DNA of 24,787 nt, taken from IMG/VR virus record IMGVR_UViG_3300037424_000068, positions 1 through 24,787 of that record; one strand, 5' to 3'. This DNA comes from a virus (lineage: Duplodnaviria; Caudoviricetes). This document shows, one piece after another, positions 9,238-17,088 of this stretch (within the stretch, counting starts at the first letter, position 1; every line of letters begins with the position of its first letter). The notes beneath the pieces are model-generated. The model had not been told where the DNA came from, did no database searches, and saw only the letters and a list, made by a program, of their open reading frames with translations. The translations under genes were made by a program, and so were the position numbers.

Positions 9238-9611
9238 TTTTTTGCCTCTTCAGACTCCTCGAACGTGTTCATCTTGTCGATGAGCTCGTTGATCTCGTCC
9301 CCGATCTGCGGGTGGAGACTGTGGACCGACTTGGGCTTCTTGAAGTCCAGCCTCTGATCGGCCTCGTCCGTGAGATTGTGGTCGACGATGCAGTTGGCGA
9401 ACTCGAACTCGACGACCTTGAGTTGCGTCATCTTGAGCACCATGTCGTCAGCCTGACCCTTGCCACCCTCACGCATGGCCATCTCCATGGCCATCTGCTG
9501 CCGAGACAGCTTCTCTCCGTACGACATGCGCCGGAGCTCGACGAAGCCTTCCGGGCACGACTTGAGATCGAATCGTTCGGTTGCCTGGAAGTTAACTGTT
9601 GCCTGAGGCAT
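9234..9611 (-). CDS. Tail assembly chaperone (gpG-like)
   Basis: 125-aa acidic protein between tail tube and tape measure genes; ends GCA AAA AAC TAA. Confidence 0.85.
   Translation of the reverse strand: MPQATVNFQATERFDLKSCPEGFVELRRMSYGEKLSRQQMAMEMAMREGGKGQADDMVLKMTQLKVVEFEFANCIVDHNLTDEADQRLDFKKPKSVHSLHPQIGDEINELIDKMNTFEESEEAKN
9237..9243 (-). other. -1 programmed ribosomal frameshift slippery heptamer A AAA AAC
   Basis: X XXY YYZ pattern immediately before the chaperone stop; -1 frame joins ORF 8983..9180 with no intervening stop. Confidence 0.85.
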
Positions 9612-9647
9612 TGGATCCCCTCTAGATCTTAGCCGGTGAATGAGAAC

Positions 9648-10580
9648 TCAGGTGATGGATTCCTGAGTGGCGACGACGAGGGTGTACGAGTTACCACCCG
9701 CGTCGATGACTGCTTGGTAGGACATCGATGCTCGGATCAGGTCACCCTGACCACCAAGGTTGACGGTGAACTCGTCCTTGATGGCTACCGGCATGGTGAT
9801 CGTGAAGCGGTTGGTGGCGCTCTTGGAGGCGACGATCGTGATCGACTGAGCAGTCAATGCCTTGTAGGCATCGTACTCAGTTCGCGTCTGGAAGTCGCGC
9901 TCCGTGGACAGAGTGACCGAGCGCTCGCCGAAGGCGATGAACTGTGCTCCGCGACCCGTGTTCTTCAGACGGTACTGAGCCTCACCGTTGTCGTCGACCT
10001 GGAACTCGAAGCCGTCAGCATCGAAGACTGTCGTCGACGTAGGAATCTGGATGTCGTACTTGCCTGCACCGTACGGCGTGGTTGTGCTCCACGTCGGAAC
10101 GGGAAGCGACTGGACGGTCTCATCGCTGCCGATCAGCGTGCAGTTGAACTTGAGCAGACCGTTGTCGACGGTGAACGTGAACGAACTGACGACCACTCCG
10201 GTGTAGCCGAACACGATGCCGTTGCGGACAATCGTGATCGACATTGTACGTACAGGAGTCGCAACTGCTGTGGGCGTGCACGTGTAGGTGTAGTCCGTAG
10301 GTCCAGCAGACTTAACGATGGACACCCGCGCACAGTACAGGAAGTACGGAACAACGTCCTCGAAGGCCTCCATCGAGATGTCGCCCTCGGTGCGAACGTT
10401 GCCGTCCACTGCACCGATGACATCTGCGCTCTGCCTGATCGGCCGCCGCCAGATCGTCTCCTGTGTGTACTTCAACGACTCAGACTCGAACGGGAAGAAC
10501 TTCGTTGGAGCCACGTAGGTGTTGGGGGTGACTTCGTGGGCAATGCCCATCATGCCACCGGCGCCGATGCCATAAGTCAT
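9648..10580 (-). CDS. Major tail (tube) protein
   Basis: 310 aa beta-rich; GIAHEVTPNTYVAP start and FGYTGVVVSSFTF typical of siphovirus tube proteins; position before chaperones. Confidence 0.85.
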   Translation of the reverse strand: MTYGIGAGGMMGIAHEVTPNTYVAPTKFFPFESESLKYTQETIWRRPIRQSADVIGAVDGNVRTEGDISMEAFEDVVPYFLYCARVSIVKSAGPTDYTYTCTPTAVATPVRTMSITIVRNGIVFGYTGVVVSSFTFTVDNGLLKFNCTLIGSDETVQSLPVPTWSTTTPYGAGKYDIQIPTSTTVFDADGFEFQVDDNGEAQYRLKNTGRGAQFIAFGERSVTLSTERDFQTRTEYDAYKALTAQSITIVASKSATNRFTITMPVAIKDEFTVNLGGQGDLIRASMSYQAVIDAGGNSYTLVVATQESIT

Positions 10581-10786
10581 TCGTCGTCACCTCCGCTCTC
10601 TGTGACCGTAATGCCTACAGGGAAGTTGGCCTCGGAGAGAGGCACGCCCTGCATGACTTTGAAGCGTGCCGCAGTCTCATCGTCCACGGTGTACTTCTTG
10701 CCGTTCTCCAGTTCACCCAGAGCGTCGATGTGAATCTTCGCATCCGGAGCCAGGTTGTCCTGGTGGATTTCAATCGTATAAGGCAC
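10577..10786 (-). CDS. Hypothetical small protein preceding the tail tube gene
   Basis: GTG start with GAGGAGGAGG RBS; ATGA overlap with tube gene. Confidence 0.75.
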   Translation of the reverse strand: MPYTIEIHQDNLAPDAKIHIDALGELENGKKYTVDDETAARFKVMQGVPLSEANFPVGITVTESGGDDE

Positions 10787-10804
10787 TGTACCTCCTCCTC
10801 TTTA

Positions 10805-11248
10805 TCACGGCGGGTAGGGAAGCATCTTCTGACTCATCGCACGGAACGTCAACCGTGTGGCACTCATCAGAGTTCCGCCACGATTGACATATCCTGGATT
10901 TGTTTCTACGACAGCACTGTCGATCACAATCCCACCCACCGTGGAGTCAGAGTGCAACACGGCTTCGACTGCCTCAGAGATCACTAGGACCTGTCGCTCG
11001 TTGTTCTGCGTGTCCTGGATCCTGTCCATGTAGACCATGACGTACGCTTCGAGCTGCACTTGGTAACGACGCGGGATACCGTTCAGCTCTCGCTGCTTCA
11101 TCCCAGGCTCTACTGAGACGCAGGGTGTGCGCGGAAGTCTGTCCTGGTCGCCCATCCAGACATCGTGAAGTCCCAGGACGCTCTTGTTAGCCTCTAGCAA
11201 AGACCACACGGCGTTGGTAAACACGTCAACCTGATCTGTGAGCGGCAC
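10805..11248 (-). CDS. Tail terminator / tail completion protein
   Basis: 147 aa; P.VSVEP and LHSDSTVGG (D.TLGG-like) motifs; position in the neck module. Confidence 0.7.
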   Translation of the reverse strand: MPLTDQVDVFTNAVWSLLEANKSVLGLHDVWMGDQDRLPRTPCVSVEPGMKQRELNGIPRRYQVQLEAYVMVYMDRIQDTQNNERQVLVISEAVEAVLHSDSTVGGIVIDSAVVETNPGYVNRGGTLMSATRLTFRAMSQKMLPYPP

Positions 11249-11769
11249 TAGCGTTGCCTCCCAACAGTGAAGGCTCGAGACATTGCGATGCGCTCAGCCA
11301 ACCAGATCTGGAACACACGTTCGATCTTGTCGTAGTCCTCGTCCTGGATCATGACGAACGGTCGTGCCGGAAGATTCTGGTCGTCGCGTCCAGCCTGTTG
11401 CAGCTTGCCGTACCAGATCTTCGGTGGCAGGTCGAGCAGTGCAGCCTTCTGAGTGTCGATGTGCCAAATGTTGAGCTGCTGGATCGTCCTCTTCAGGAGC
11501 CTCGAACGCTCTAGGATGGGTCCCGCGTTCCCACGCTGCTCGATGGTGAACTCAGCCAGAGGCGCCCATGCATCTGGACGGCCTCCGACGTCAAAGTTCT
11601 TCCTAAAGCTGGGAGCGAGTACCTGCTGGATGGAGCGCTTCAGCGGTTCTCGCATCGACCTGATGCTCAGTCCGAGGGTGTCAAGGCGACGTGCCGAGAT
11701 GCCAAGGCTGGGCCGAAAGGTGAAGTCCATGTCGATGTCAATGCGTAGTCCTCGAACAGGAGGCGCCAT
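11248..11769 (-). CDS. Virion morphogenesis / neck protein (Mu gpG, P2 gpS-like)
   Basis: NFDVGGRPDAWAPLA, IL..S..L and LPARPF motifs. Confidence 0.8.
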   Translation of the reverse strand: MAPPVRGLRIDIDMDFTFRPSLGISARRLDTLGLSIRSMREPLKRSIQQVLAPSFRKNFDVGGRPDAWAPLAEFTIEQRGNAGPILERSRLLKRTIQQLNIWHIDTQKAALLDLPPKIWYGKLQQAGRDDQNLPARPFVMIQDEDYDKIERVFQIWLAERIAMSRAFTVGRQR

Positions 11770-12228
11770 TCAAAACACCTTCCCCATGAGGAACTTCGGA
11801 CCACCATCTGAGGGGTTATCATCCGTCGGCTCGTTAGCCGAGCTAGCATCCGTTGGAAAGAAGGCAGGCTCACCGATGGTGGGCAGACCTGGCACCTCGG
11901 GGATGTCGATCGTCCCCTCGAGGATGCCTGTGAGGAGCTGCTCAGCCCAAGCGCGAAGCCTGTCAGCGTAGCTGTTGTCCTCGGGGTTCTCGCTGTACTG
12001 TCTGTCGTAAGACCAGCCGGCATAGAACATGGAAATGATGCTACGCACCAGAGGTGGTGTGTTGGTCTCAGTAGTCCACGTCAGTACGTCGGTAGGATAT
12101 GCGGCAGCCAGACGCGAAAGAATCTGCGCGGAGATCTGTGCCTCCATCGCAGCATCCAGAGTGGAGAGGGTCAGCTTGGTTTGCTCGAGCCACGTTTGCG
12201 CCTCGGCTAGCGAGATTCGTGCAGCCAT
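11770..12228 (-). CDS. Head-to-tail adaptor (Mu gp36-like)
   Basis: Helical 152 aa; TPPLVRSI...A..LL.GI..G.IDI pattern; position after capsid genes. Confidence 0.7.
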   Translation of the reverse strand: MAARISLAEAQTWLEQTKLTLSTLDAAMEAQISAQILSRLAAAYPTDVLTWTTETNTPPLVRSIISMFYAGWSYDRQYSENPEDNSYADRLRAWAEQLLTGILEGTIDIPEVPGLPTIGEPAFFPTDASSANEPTDDNPSDGGPKFLMGKVF

Positions 12229-12255
12229 GCTGATCCCCTCCCTCTGAAGATCTTA

Positions 12256-12627
12256 CTACCTGCGGAAGGCTCCCCAGGCAGCAAATGTAACGTTGGTGCC
12301 ACCAGCGAGCGTCCATGTGAGCCGTGCCCACGGACCGACAGCGTTGTTCACAGCGAGCCAGTAAGCACTCGGTGCTGTGATGTCGGCTGCAGCACCCTGC
12401 ACGAGGCCGACGACCTGCCCAGCGACTGCAGCAGATCCGTACCAGGTTGAGTTGTCAGGACTCGTCTGCAGGAAGAACTGGTAGTTGGTGAACGTTCCAG
12501 TCTTGGCGGTGATGCTGAGCATCACCGCACCTGCTTCGTAGCCGCTGACGTCGAAGGCGGCGCTGCTGCCTCCAGCAGTGACCAACGCCGAACTCTTGAT
12601 GGTGAAGACGTCACTCTTGAGGCCCAT
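12256..12627 (-). CDS. Putative capsid decoration/spike beta-sandwich protein, paralogue B
   Basis: Beta-rich, LQTSPD..TW and ARLTW motifs; colinear with 12631..13020. Confidence 0.55.
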   Translation of the reverse strand: MGLKSDVFTIKSSALVTAGGSSAAFDVSGYEAGAVMLSITAKTGTFTNYQFFLQTSPDNSTWYGSAAVAGQVVGLVQGAAADITAPSAYWLAVNNAVGPWARLTWTLAGGTNVTFAAWGAFRR

Positions 12628-12630
12628 GGG

Positions 12631-13020
12631 TCACCGCCTCACGGACAGTGTTGCCGCGAACGTCACGTTGGTACCCCCGGCGGTGAACCAGGCCAGCCGC
12701 GTGAGCGGACCAGCGAAGTTGTTCACCGGGAACCAGTATGCACCTGTCGTGATGTCGACAGCAGGGCCGACGTTGCCGAACGAGGCAGGCATAGCCTGAG
12801 GCGCGAGGCCTGTACCAACGCCCGACCAGGTTGTGCCACCGTCCATGCTCACCTGGAGTCCGAAGACCCAGCTGGTGAACGTACCCGTCTTCGCCGAGAT
12901 GTTCAGGAAGACGGCACCAGCCTCGTAGCTGCTGACGTCGATGACAGGTGAAGCGTTGCCGGCACCAGCAGCAACGAGGCCCGACGCCTTGAGGGCGAAG
13001 GTATCGCTCTTGAGTCCCAT
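12631..13020 (-). CDS. Putative capsid decoration/spike beta-sandwich protein, paralogue A
   Basis: Shares MGLKSD, YEAGAV, AKTGTFT, AYW..VNN, AGGTNVTFAA and terminal RR with the next gene; AGGAGG RBS. Confidence 0.55.
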   Translation of the reverse strand: MGLKSDTFALKASGLVAAGAGNASPVIDVSSYEAGAVFLNISAKTGTFTSWVFGLQVSMDGGTTWSGVGTGLAPQAMPASFGNVGPAVDITTGAYWFPVNNFAGPLTRLAWFTAGGTNVTFAATLSVRR

Positions 13021-13029
13021 GTCGCCTCC

Positions 13030-13392
13030 TTACGGCTTCGGCAGAGGCTTGGGTGCCGGCTTCAGAGGTGCAGGCTCCGTCGGCTTGAGCTCGACGGGCT
13101 TCTCCTCAGCCTTGGATGCTTCCTTCTTGCCCTCGGTCGCTGCCGCGTGTGCATCGAGGGCCTCCTGGACCTCGGGGCTCACCGGAGCGTCAGGGTTCAG
13201 CAGTGCTGCCTCGTGACCGGCACCGCCCGTGGCCTGAGCCAGGACAGTGGGATCGTTGGGCGAGTTCTTCGGCACCACGACCTCGTGCTCGACCATGTAC
13301 CGCCACTGCTCGGCGTCCCAGTTCGCCGGGTCGACAACGTCACCCGGTGCGCAGGATCCGAGAGCCGTGTACGCGACATATTCCTTTGCCAT
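13030..13392 (-). CDS. Hypothetical protein following the capsid gene, Pro/Lys/Glu-rich tail
   Basis: GAGAGGGG RBS; fills gap between neighbours; GC-rich third codon positions like the capsid gene. Confidence 0.75.
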   Translation of the reverse strand: MAKEYVAYTALGSCAPGDVVDPANWDAEQWRYMVEHEVVVPKNSPNDPTVLAQATGGAGHEAALLNPDAPVSPEVQEALDAHAAATEGKKEASKAEEKPVELKPTEPAPLKPAPKPLPKP

Positions 13393-13408
13393 CGTTTACA
13401 CCCCTCTC

Positions 13409-14419
13409 TTATCCGATGAAGCCGCTGGAGAGCACGGACGTGAACAGGAACCCGCAGATGTTCTTGGAGCTCGCGTCGAGCCCGATGAACTTGAGGTCGT
13501 AGCGGCGACGGGTACGGATGACGTCCGATGCCCGCTTCTCTTCACGCCAGCGGTCGACGACCTGCGAAGGTCCGCCACCGCCGAAGCCCCACACGAACTC
13601 GTAGCCGTACGCCGGAACCTTGAGACCAGGCTTCGGCGGGTTGTAGGCGAGCACGACCTCGTTGTTCCAGAGGTACGAGATCGCCAGAGTCTGACCGGGG
13701 TTGTTCGTAGCGTAGCCGAAGCCAGGCACGACGACCTTGTTCAGACCCATGAGACTGGCGACCAGGTCGGGCGTCAGAACCGCACGCTCGACGTACTGGA
13801 TGCGGTTGATCAGGTCCTGGCTGTCCTCCAGGGCAGACATGACGCGGTACGGAATGACCGCGACGTTCGACTCGAGGAAGGCGAGCTTGTGGATCTGCCG
13901 CTGCGCCGTACGGATGTCCCGGATCGGTGTCGCGTTGCTGTACTGGTCCCACTGCGGACCGTAGCCCACGGTAGTACCTGGCACTGCCTGCAGCGCGGTG
14001 TTGTAGGACGACGCTGTGGTCGCCATCGTGTAGACCCGGTACTCACGACCGAGGGCGATGCGGGAAGCCAGCAGCTCCGCACCGTCGGCATCGGGCGAGA
14101 AGATGGAGTCTGCGTTCTCACGCTCCTCGTCTGTGACTGCGATCTGGAGCGCGTGCTCCTGAGCGTAGTACGTGTCGAGCGAGACGGTGAGGCCGAGAAC
14201 CTCGTTGGCTTCCGTGCCAGGAGCGCGGGCGTCGTCGAACGACGGGTACCAGCCCTCGCGGCCGTTGAAGACGTAGTACTTGTTGGCCTGCTTCTGAACG
14301 GGAACCGACGGAAAGAGAATGTCTCCGACGAGCCCTTCGTTCATCCAGCTGACCGAGATGTTGGTCAGCGGGACATCGTAGTGGATGTTGCCGGAGCCTG
14401 ATGGTGCGTACACTGCCAT
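13409..14419 (-). CDS. Major capsid protein
   Basis: 336 aa; D.PLTNISV...ILFPSVPVQK...RAPGTEA N-terminal pattern of HK97-fold capsids found with Mu-like proteases; follows protease and decoration genes. Confidence 0.9.
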   Translation of the reverse strand: MAVYAPSGSGNIHYDVPLTNISVSWMNEGLVGDILFPSVPVQKQANKYYVFNGREGWYPSFDDARAPGTEANEVLGLTVSLDTYYAQEHALQIAVTDEERENADSIFSPDADGAELLASRIALGREYRVYTMATTASSYNTALQAVPGTTVGYGPQWDQYSNATPIRDIRTAQRQIHKLAFLESNVAVIPYRVMSALEDSQDLINRIQYVERAVLTPDLVASLMGLNKVVVPGFGYATNNPGQTLAISYLWNNEVVLAYNPPKPGLKVPAYGYEFVWGFGGGGPSQVVDRWREEKRASDVIRTRRRYDLKFIGLDASSKNICGFLFTSVLSSGFIG

Positions 14420-14444
14420 GGGTAGCTACCCTCCCTTCCTTCAG

Positions 14445-14864
14445 TTACGCGTTGCTGTAACGTGTGCCCGGGGTGAGCATCACGTCGAAGATGTCGTTGG
14501 CGGCCGTGTTCGCAGCGTTGAGTGCGATACCCCAGACCTTGTCGTTGGGCGTGGTGGTCGCGACGAACTTGCCATTGGCATCCGAGGTCACGTTGTCACC
14601 AGGAGCGACAACACCACCTGCGATGCACTTCGCGATGCCCGTCAGCTTGACCGCCACGATCGCCTTGCCCGTGGTGACCTTCGCAGCGTCGAGAGCCTCC
14701 TCGCACACGCCGAGCGCCAGGCCCGTAGCAGAGCTGGCCCGCAGGCACTGCGCCGGGTTGACTACCGACGCGGAAGCGACGAGGATGATCGCCTCGCCGA
14801 TGGCGTAGGCGTTCGAGCCGGTGGCCAGGAAGCCCTTGGACAGGCCGTAGTTTGCTCCTGGCAT
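14445..14864 (-). CDS. Capsid decoration/cement protein (DUF2190-like)
   Basis: GIAKCIAGGVVAPGDNVTSDANGK...GIALNAA motif; position immediately before the capsid gene. Confidence 0.8.
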   Translation of the reverse strand: MPGANYGLSKGFLATGSNAYAIGEAIILVASASVVNPAQCLRASSATGLALGVCEEALDAAKVTTGKAIVAVKLTGIAKCIAGGVVAPGDNVTSDANGKFVATTTPNDKVWGIALNAANTAANDIFDVMLTPGTRYSNA

Positions 14865-15529
14865 CAGACACCGTCCTTGATGTAAGAGGCCTGCCGGACG
14901 GCCTGCGCGAGCTCGGGGCGCGAGGTGGCGATGTGCCGGTACGCGTCCGAGTAGGTGAGGTTCTTGTCCGCTTCCATGAGCTTCGTGACCTCGACGTTGA
15001 GAGCCTGCTCGGGGCTGAGGTTCTCACCCTTGCGCTGCCAGCCGTGCTCAGTCAGGTCGATCAGACCGAGGTTGAGCTGCTGCTTGTACAGGTCGTAGAC
15101 CTGGTCGCCCAGTTCCTTCGGCGACTTCTGCATGACCTCGCGGAGCTGCTCCTTGACTGCCGGCGGCACAGCGAACTTCTTGCCGGAGTCGAGGTCGTTG
15201 AGCATCCGGTCGATGACTTGCTCGCGGTTCTGGTCCTCGAGGACCTGAAGCTTCGCGTTCTGCGCCTTGATGATGTCGCCGAGCATCGTGACGGCGGGGT
15301 TGTTGCCCACCTGTCCCAGCTCGGAGAGCAGCTGCTCGATCGACTTCGGTGGGTCGGTCAGCTTGGGCGGCTCCACGACGGGCGGAACCACTGTTGGCGG
15401 AATGACTGTGGGTGGCTGAACCGACAGGAGAGCCTGGATCCCGCGCAGCTCAGCGAGCTTTGCATTCACCTGCTCTTCAGTCGCGTCCTCAGCGAGACCC
15501 AGAGCCAGGCGGAGTGCCTTCGGGTCCAT
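14864..15529 (-). CDS. Scaffolding protein from an internal in-frame start (Mu gpZ-like)
   Basis: AGGAGG (15534-15539) TCTG ATG in frame within the protease gene, giving MDPKALRLALGLAEDATEEQ, 221 aa. Confidence 0.7.
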   Translation of the reverse strand: MDPKALRLALGLAEDATEEQVNAKLAELRGIQALLSVQPPTVIPPTVVPPVVEPPKLTDPPKSIEQLLSELGQVGNNPAVTMLGDIIKAQNAKLQVLEDQNREQVIDRMLNDLDSGKKFAVPPAVKEQLREVMQKSPKELGDQVYDLYKQQLNLGLIDLTEHGWQRKGENLSPEQALNVEVTKLMEADKNLTYSDAYRHIATSRPELAQAVRQASYIKDGV

Positions 15530-16042
15530 CAGACCTCCTGGTTCTGATTTCGGGTTTGTCGGCTCCGTGAAGAGGTCCGACAGGTTGACTGGCAGGATGT
15601 CCTTCAGGAACGGTCTGTTGGTGAGCCCTCCACCGAGCAGCACATCCGTGTGAACCTTCTGCGTCTTGGGGTGTACCCACTCCTCCGTGAACTCCGGAGA
15701 GAAGTACTTGTACTCCTTGTTGGCGATCGCTGCGCGGGCCTTGGGGGTCCACTCAACCTGGATCTGCAAACCCTGTCCAGGGACGTGCCTCGCACCCTTG
15801 ACCCATCCAGCAGCTTCGCCGGAGTACGCCTTGTGCTCGTAGTCGATGTCGATCTCGGTACCACGAACGCCTCGAGCGACACTGTCCGCGAACGCAGTCA
15901 GCTTGGTCTCGTTGAAGACCATCTCGCCGTAGACTGGATGCTGGTATGTGCCCTCTGGAAACGCTTGGATCCAGGAGCCACCAGCGACATCATCGAACTG
16001 GATACCTGCTAGGTCGACCCAGTAGCCGAAGTTGCGCGCCAT
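14864..16042 (-). CDS. Mu gpI-like prohead protease / scaffold
   Basis: IDYEH, AAGW, VEWT..A...I...EYKYFSPEF, GGLTNRPFL motifs; start reassigned to ATG 16042 (MARNFG) with AGGAGG at 16047-16052. Confidence 0.9.
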   Translation of the reverse strand: MARNFGYWVDLAGIQFDDVAGGSWIQAFPEGTYQHPVYGEMVFNETKLTAFADSVARGVRGTEIDIDYEHKAYSGEAAGWVKGARHVPGQGLQIQVEWTPKARAAIANKEYKYFSPEFTEEWVHPKTQKVHTDVLLGGGLTNRPFLKDILPVNLSDLFTEPTNPKSEPGGLMDPKALRLALGLAEDATEEQVNAKLAELRGIQALLSVQPPTVIPPTVVPPVVEPPKLTDPPKSIEQLLSELGQVGNNPAVTMLGDIIKAQNAKLQVLEDQNREQVIDRMLNDLDSGKKFAVPPAVKEQLREVMQKSPKELGDQVYDLYKQQLNLGLIDLTEHGWQRKGENLSPEQALNVEVTKLMEADKNLTYSDAYRHIATSRPELAQAVRQASYIKDGV

Positions 16043-16057
16043 TTTACCTCCTAACCC

Positions 16058-16093
16058 TATCTCTATTATATAGTAGTCCAACTCGATCCGCAA
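16058..16093 (-). promoter_or_regulatory. Sigma70/HrdB-type promoter for the capsid-tail operon
   Basis: TTGCGG (16093-16088), 17 bp spacer, TATAAT (16070-16065); shares 19-bp GGACTACTATATAATAGAG with the promoter at 24543-24561. Confidence 0.85.
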
Positions 16094-16158
16094 CGCGGCA
16101 GGATCACTTTGGATCACTATCGATGGATGACAGTCTAAGAACCACACGGCCTTGACGG

Positions 16159-16374
16159 CTAGACTGGAGTCCAACCTGTAGCCGTCCAGAAGCCGTGAAC
16201 GTTGCAGTTGCGACAAAGGATGGACGGTGTGAGAGCTCCGTCTGGACCCCAGTTCCAACCGTCGCGTCCTTTCGGAAGTCTGACCTTCAGCTCACCCCAG
16301 TCTGGATCGTCTGCACATATGTGGATCCAGACTGGGTGATCGTCGTCACCATGTTCGACACGTGGTTCAGACAC
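16159..16374 (-). CDS. DUF6527-like small putative Zn-binding protein
   Basis: WNW...LTPSILCRNCNVHGFW...W motif plus an upstream HIC; overlaps the end of the upstream gene. Confidence 0.6.
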   Translation of the reverse strand: MSEPRVEHGDDDHPVWIHICADDPDWGELKVRLPKGRDGWNWGPDGALTPSILCRNCNVHGFWTATGWTPV

Positions 16375-16606
16375 GAGGAGGCCACCAGGCCACGCAGTCC
16401 TCCTTGCCGTAGAACTCGGCGGGCTTCTCGTCGGTCAGCTTGCAGCTCGTGCGCCACTTCACTTCCTTGCTGTCGCCGAGGATGCGCACGTTGACCAGTG
16501 CATCGTCGAAGACGCGACAGATCACTGCTGGAGCCTCGTCGCAGCCGTTGTTGAATGTCGGGTCCATCGGAACGATGACGAAACGTCCCAGGCTAGGCTT
16601 CTGCAT
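16367..16606 (-). CDS. Conserved hypothetical phage protein (PSxGR...PAxI.RV...VN...WxWPPRV type)
   Basis: ATG at 16606 with AAGGAG RBS; 79 aa; start trimmed from ORF-track 16684. Confidence 0.75.
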   Translation of the reverse strand: MQKPSLGRFVIVPMDPTFNNGCDEAPAVICRVFDDALVNVRILGDSKEVKWRTSCKLTDEKPAEFYGKEDCVAWWPPRV

Positions 16607-16629
16607 TGGTTCTCCTTGTGATTTGTGAT

Positions 16630-16750
16630 GAGCTGAGCTCAGAGCTCGAGACTTATCAGAGACTTTAGTCTCTTGGAGTCTCACGAGATGACAAGCTCGC
16701 TTACGTACTCAGATAAGCCCTTGAGGATCTTGGTGTCTCTCGCGAGTCTC
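16630..16750. repeat. Intergenic cluster of GAGAC/GTCTC and GAGCT repeats and palindromes
   Basis: GAGAC at 16648 and 16659; GTCTC at 16668, 16678, 16735, 16746; palindromes CTGAGCTCAG (16633-16642) and CTCGCGAG (16739-16746). Confidence 0.7.
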
Positions 16751-16755
16751 TTGCG

Positions 16756-17088
16756 CTACACCAGCTGCGGATCGATCTGCACTGTGTCATAACCCAGGTT
16801 GGGAAACGTCTGGACAGAAGTGTCAGCGAATGTGACTTGCCACTCCGCTAGGTACACTCCCACGGTGTCAGTGTCTGCAACCAGCCACTGATAAGTGACC
16901 TTGCCCTTGTTGCCGACTTGGTCAGGATCGATGGTAGCAACTGCGTCGACTACTACTGCTCGGGCTTGGTCACTCATGTGAAACCGAACGACAGCGCCAG
17001 ACAGAGACACCGGTGCCCCAGAGGGGTCGAGTAGCGTAGCTGCAGCAACAGGGGCAGTGTCACCCTGCTTGACGTAGTAAGTGGTCAT
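16756..17088 (-). CDS. BppU N-terminal-like Ig-fold adaptor protein
   Basis: VKQGDT.P...L.D..G..V.LSGA.V.F.M...GKVTYQW...DT...G.Y.AEW.VTF.D....TFP pattern; ATGA overlap with the repeat gene. Confidence 0.7.
   Translation of the reverse strand: MTTYYVKQGDTAPVAAATLLDPSGAPVSLSGAVVRFHMSDQARAVVVDAVATIDPDQVGNKGKVTYQWLVADTDTVGVYLAEWQVTFADTSVQTFPNLGYDTVQIDPQLV

Noticed and set aside
16043-16258. N-terminal extension of the protease ORF in the track
   Set aside because: Runs across the promoter and the upstream gene; strong RBS supports ATG 16042; the DYYIIE peptide shared with the 24599 ORF is just the translated promoter motif
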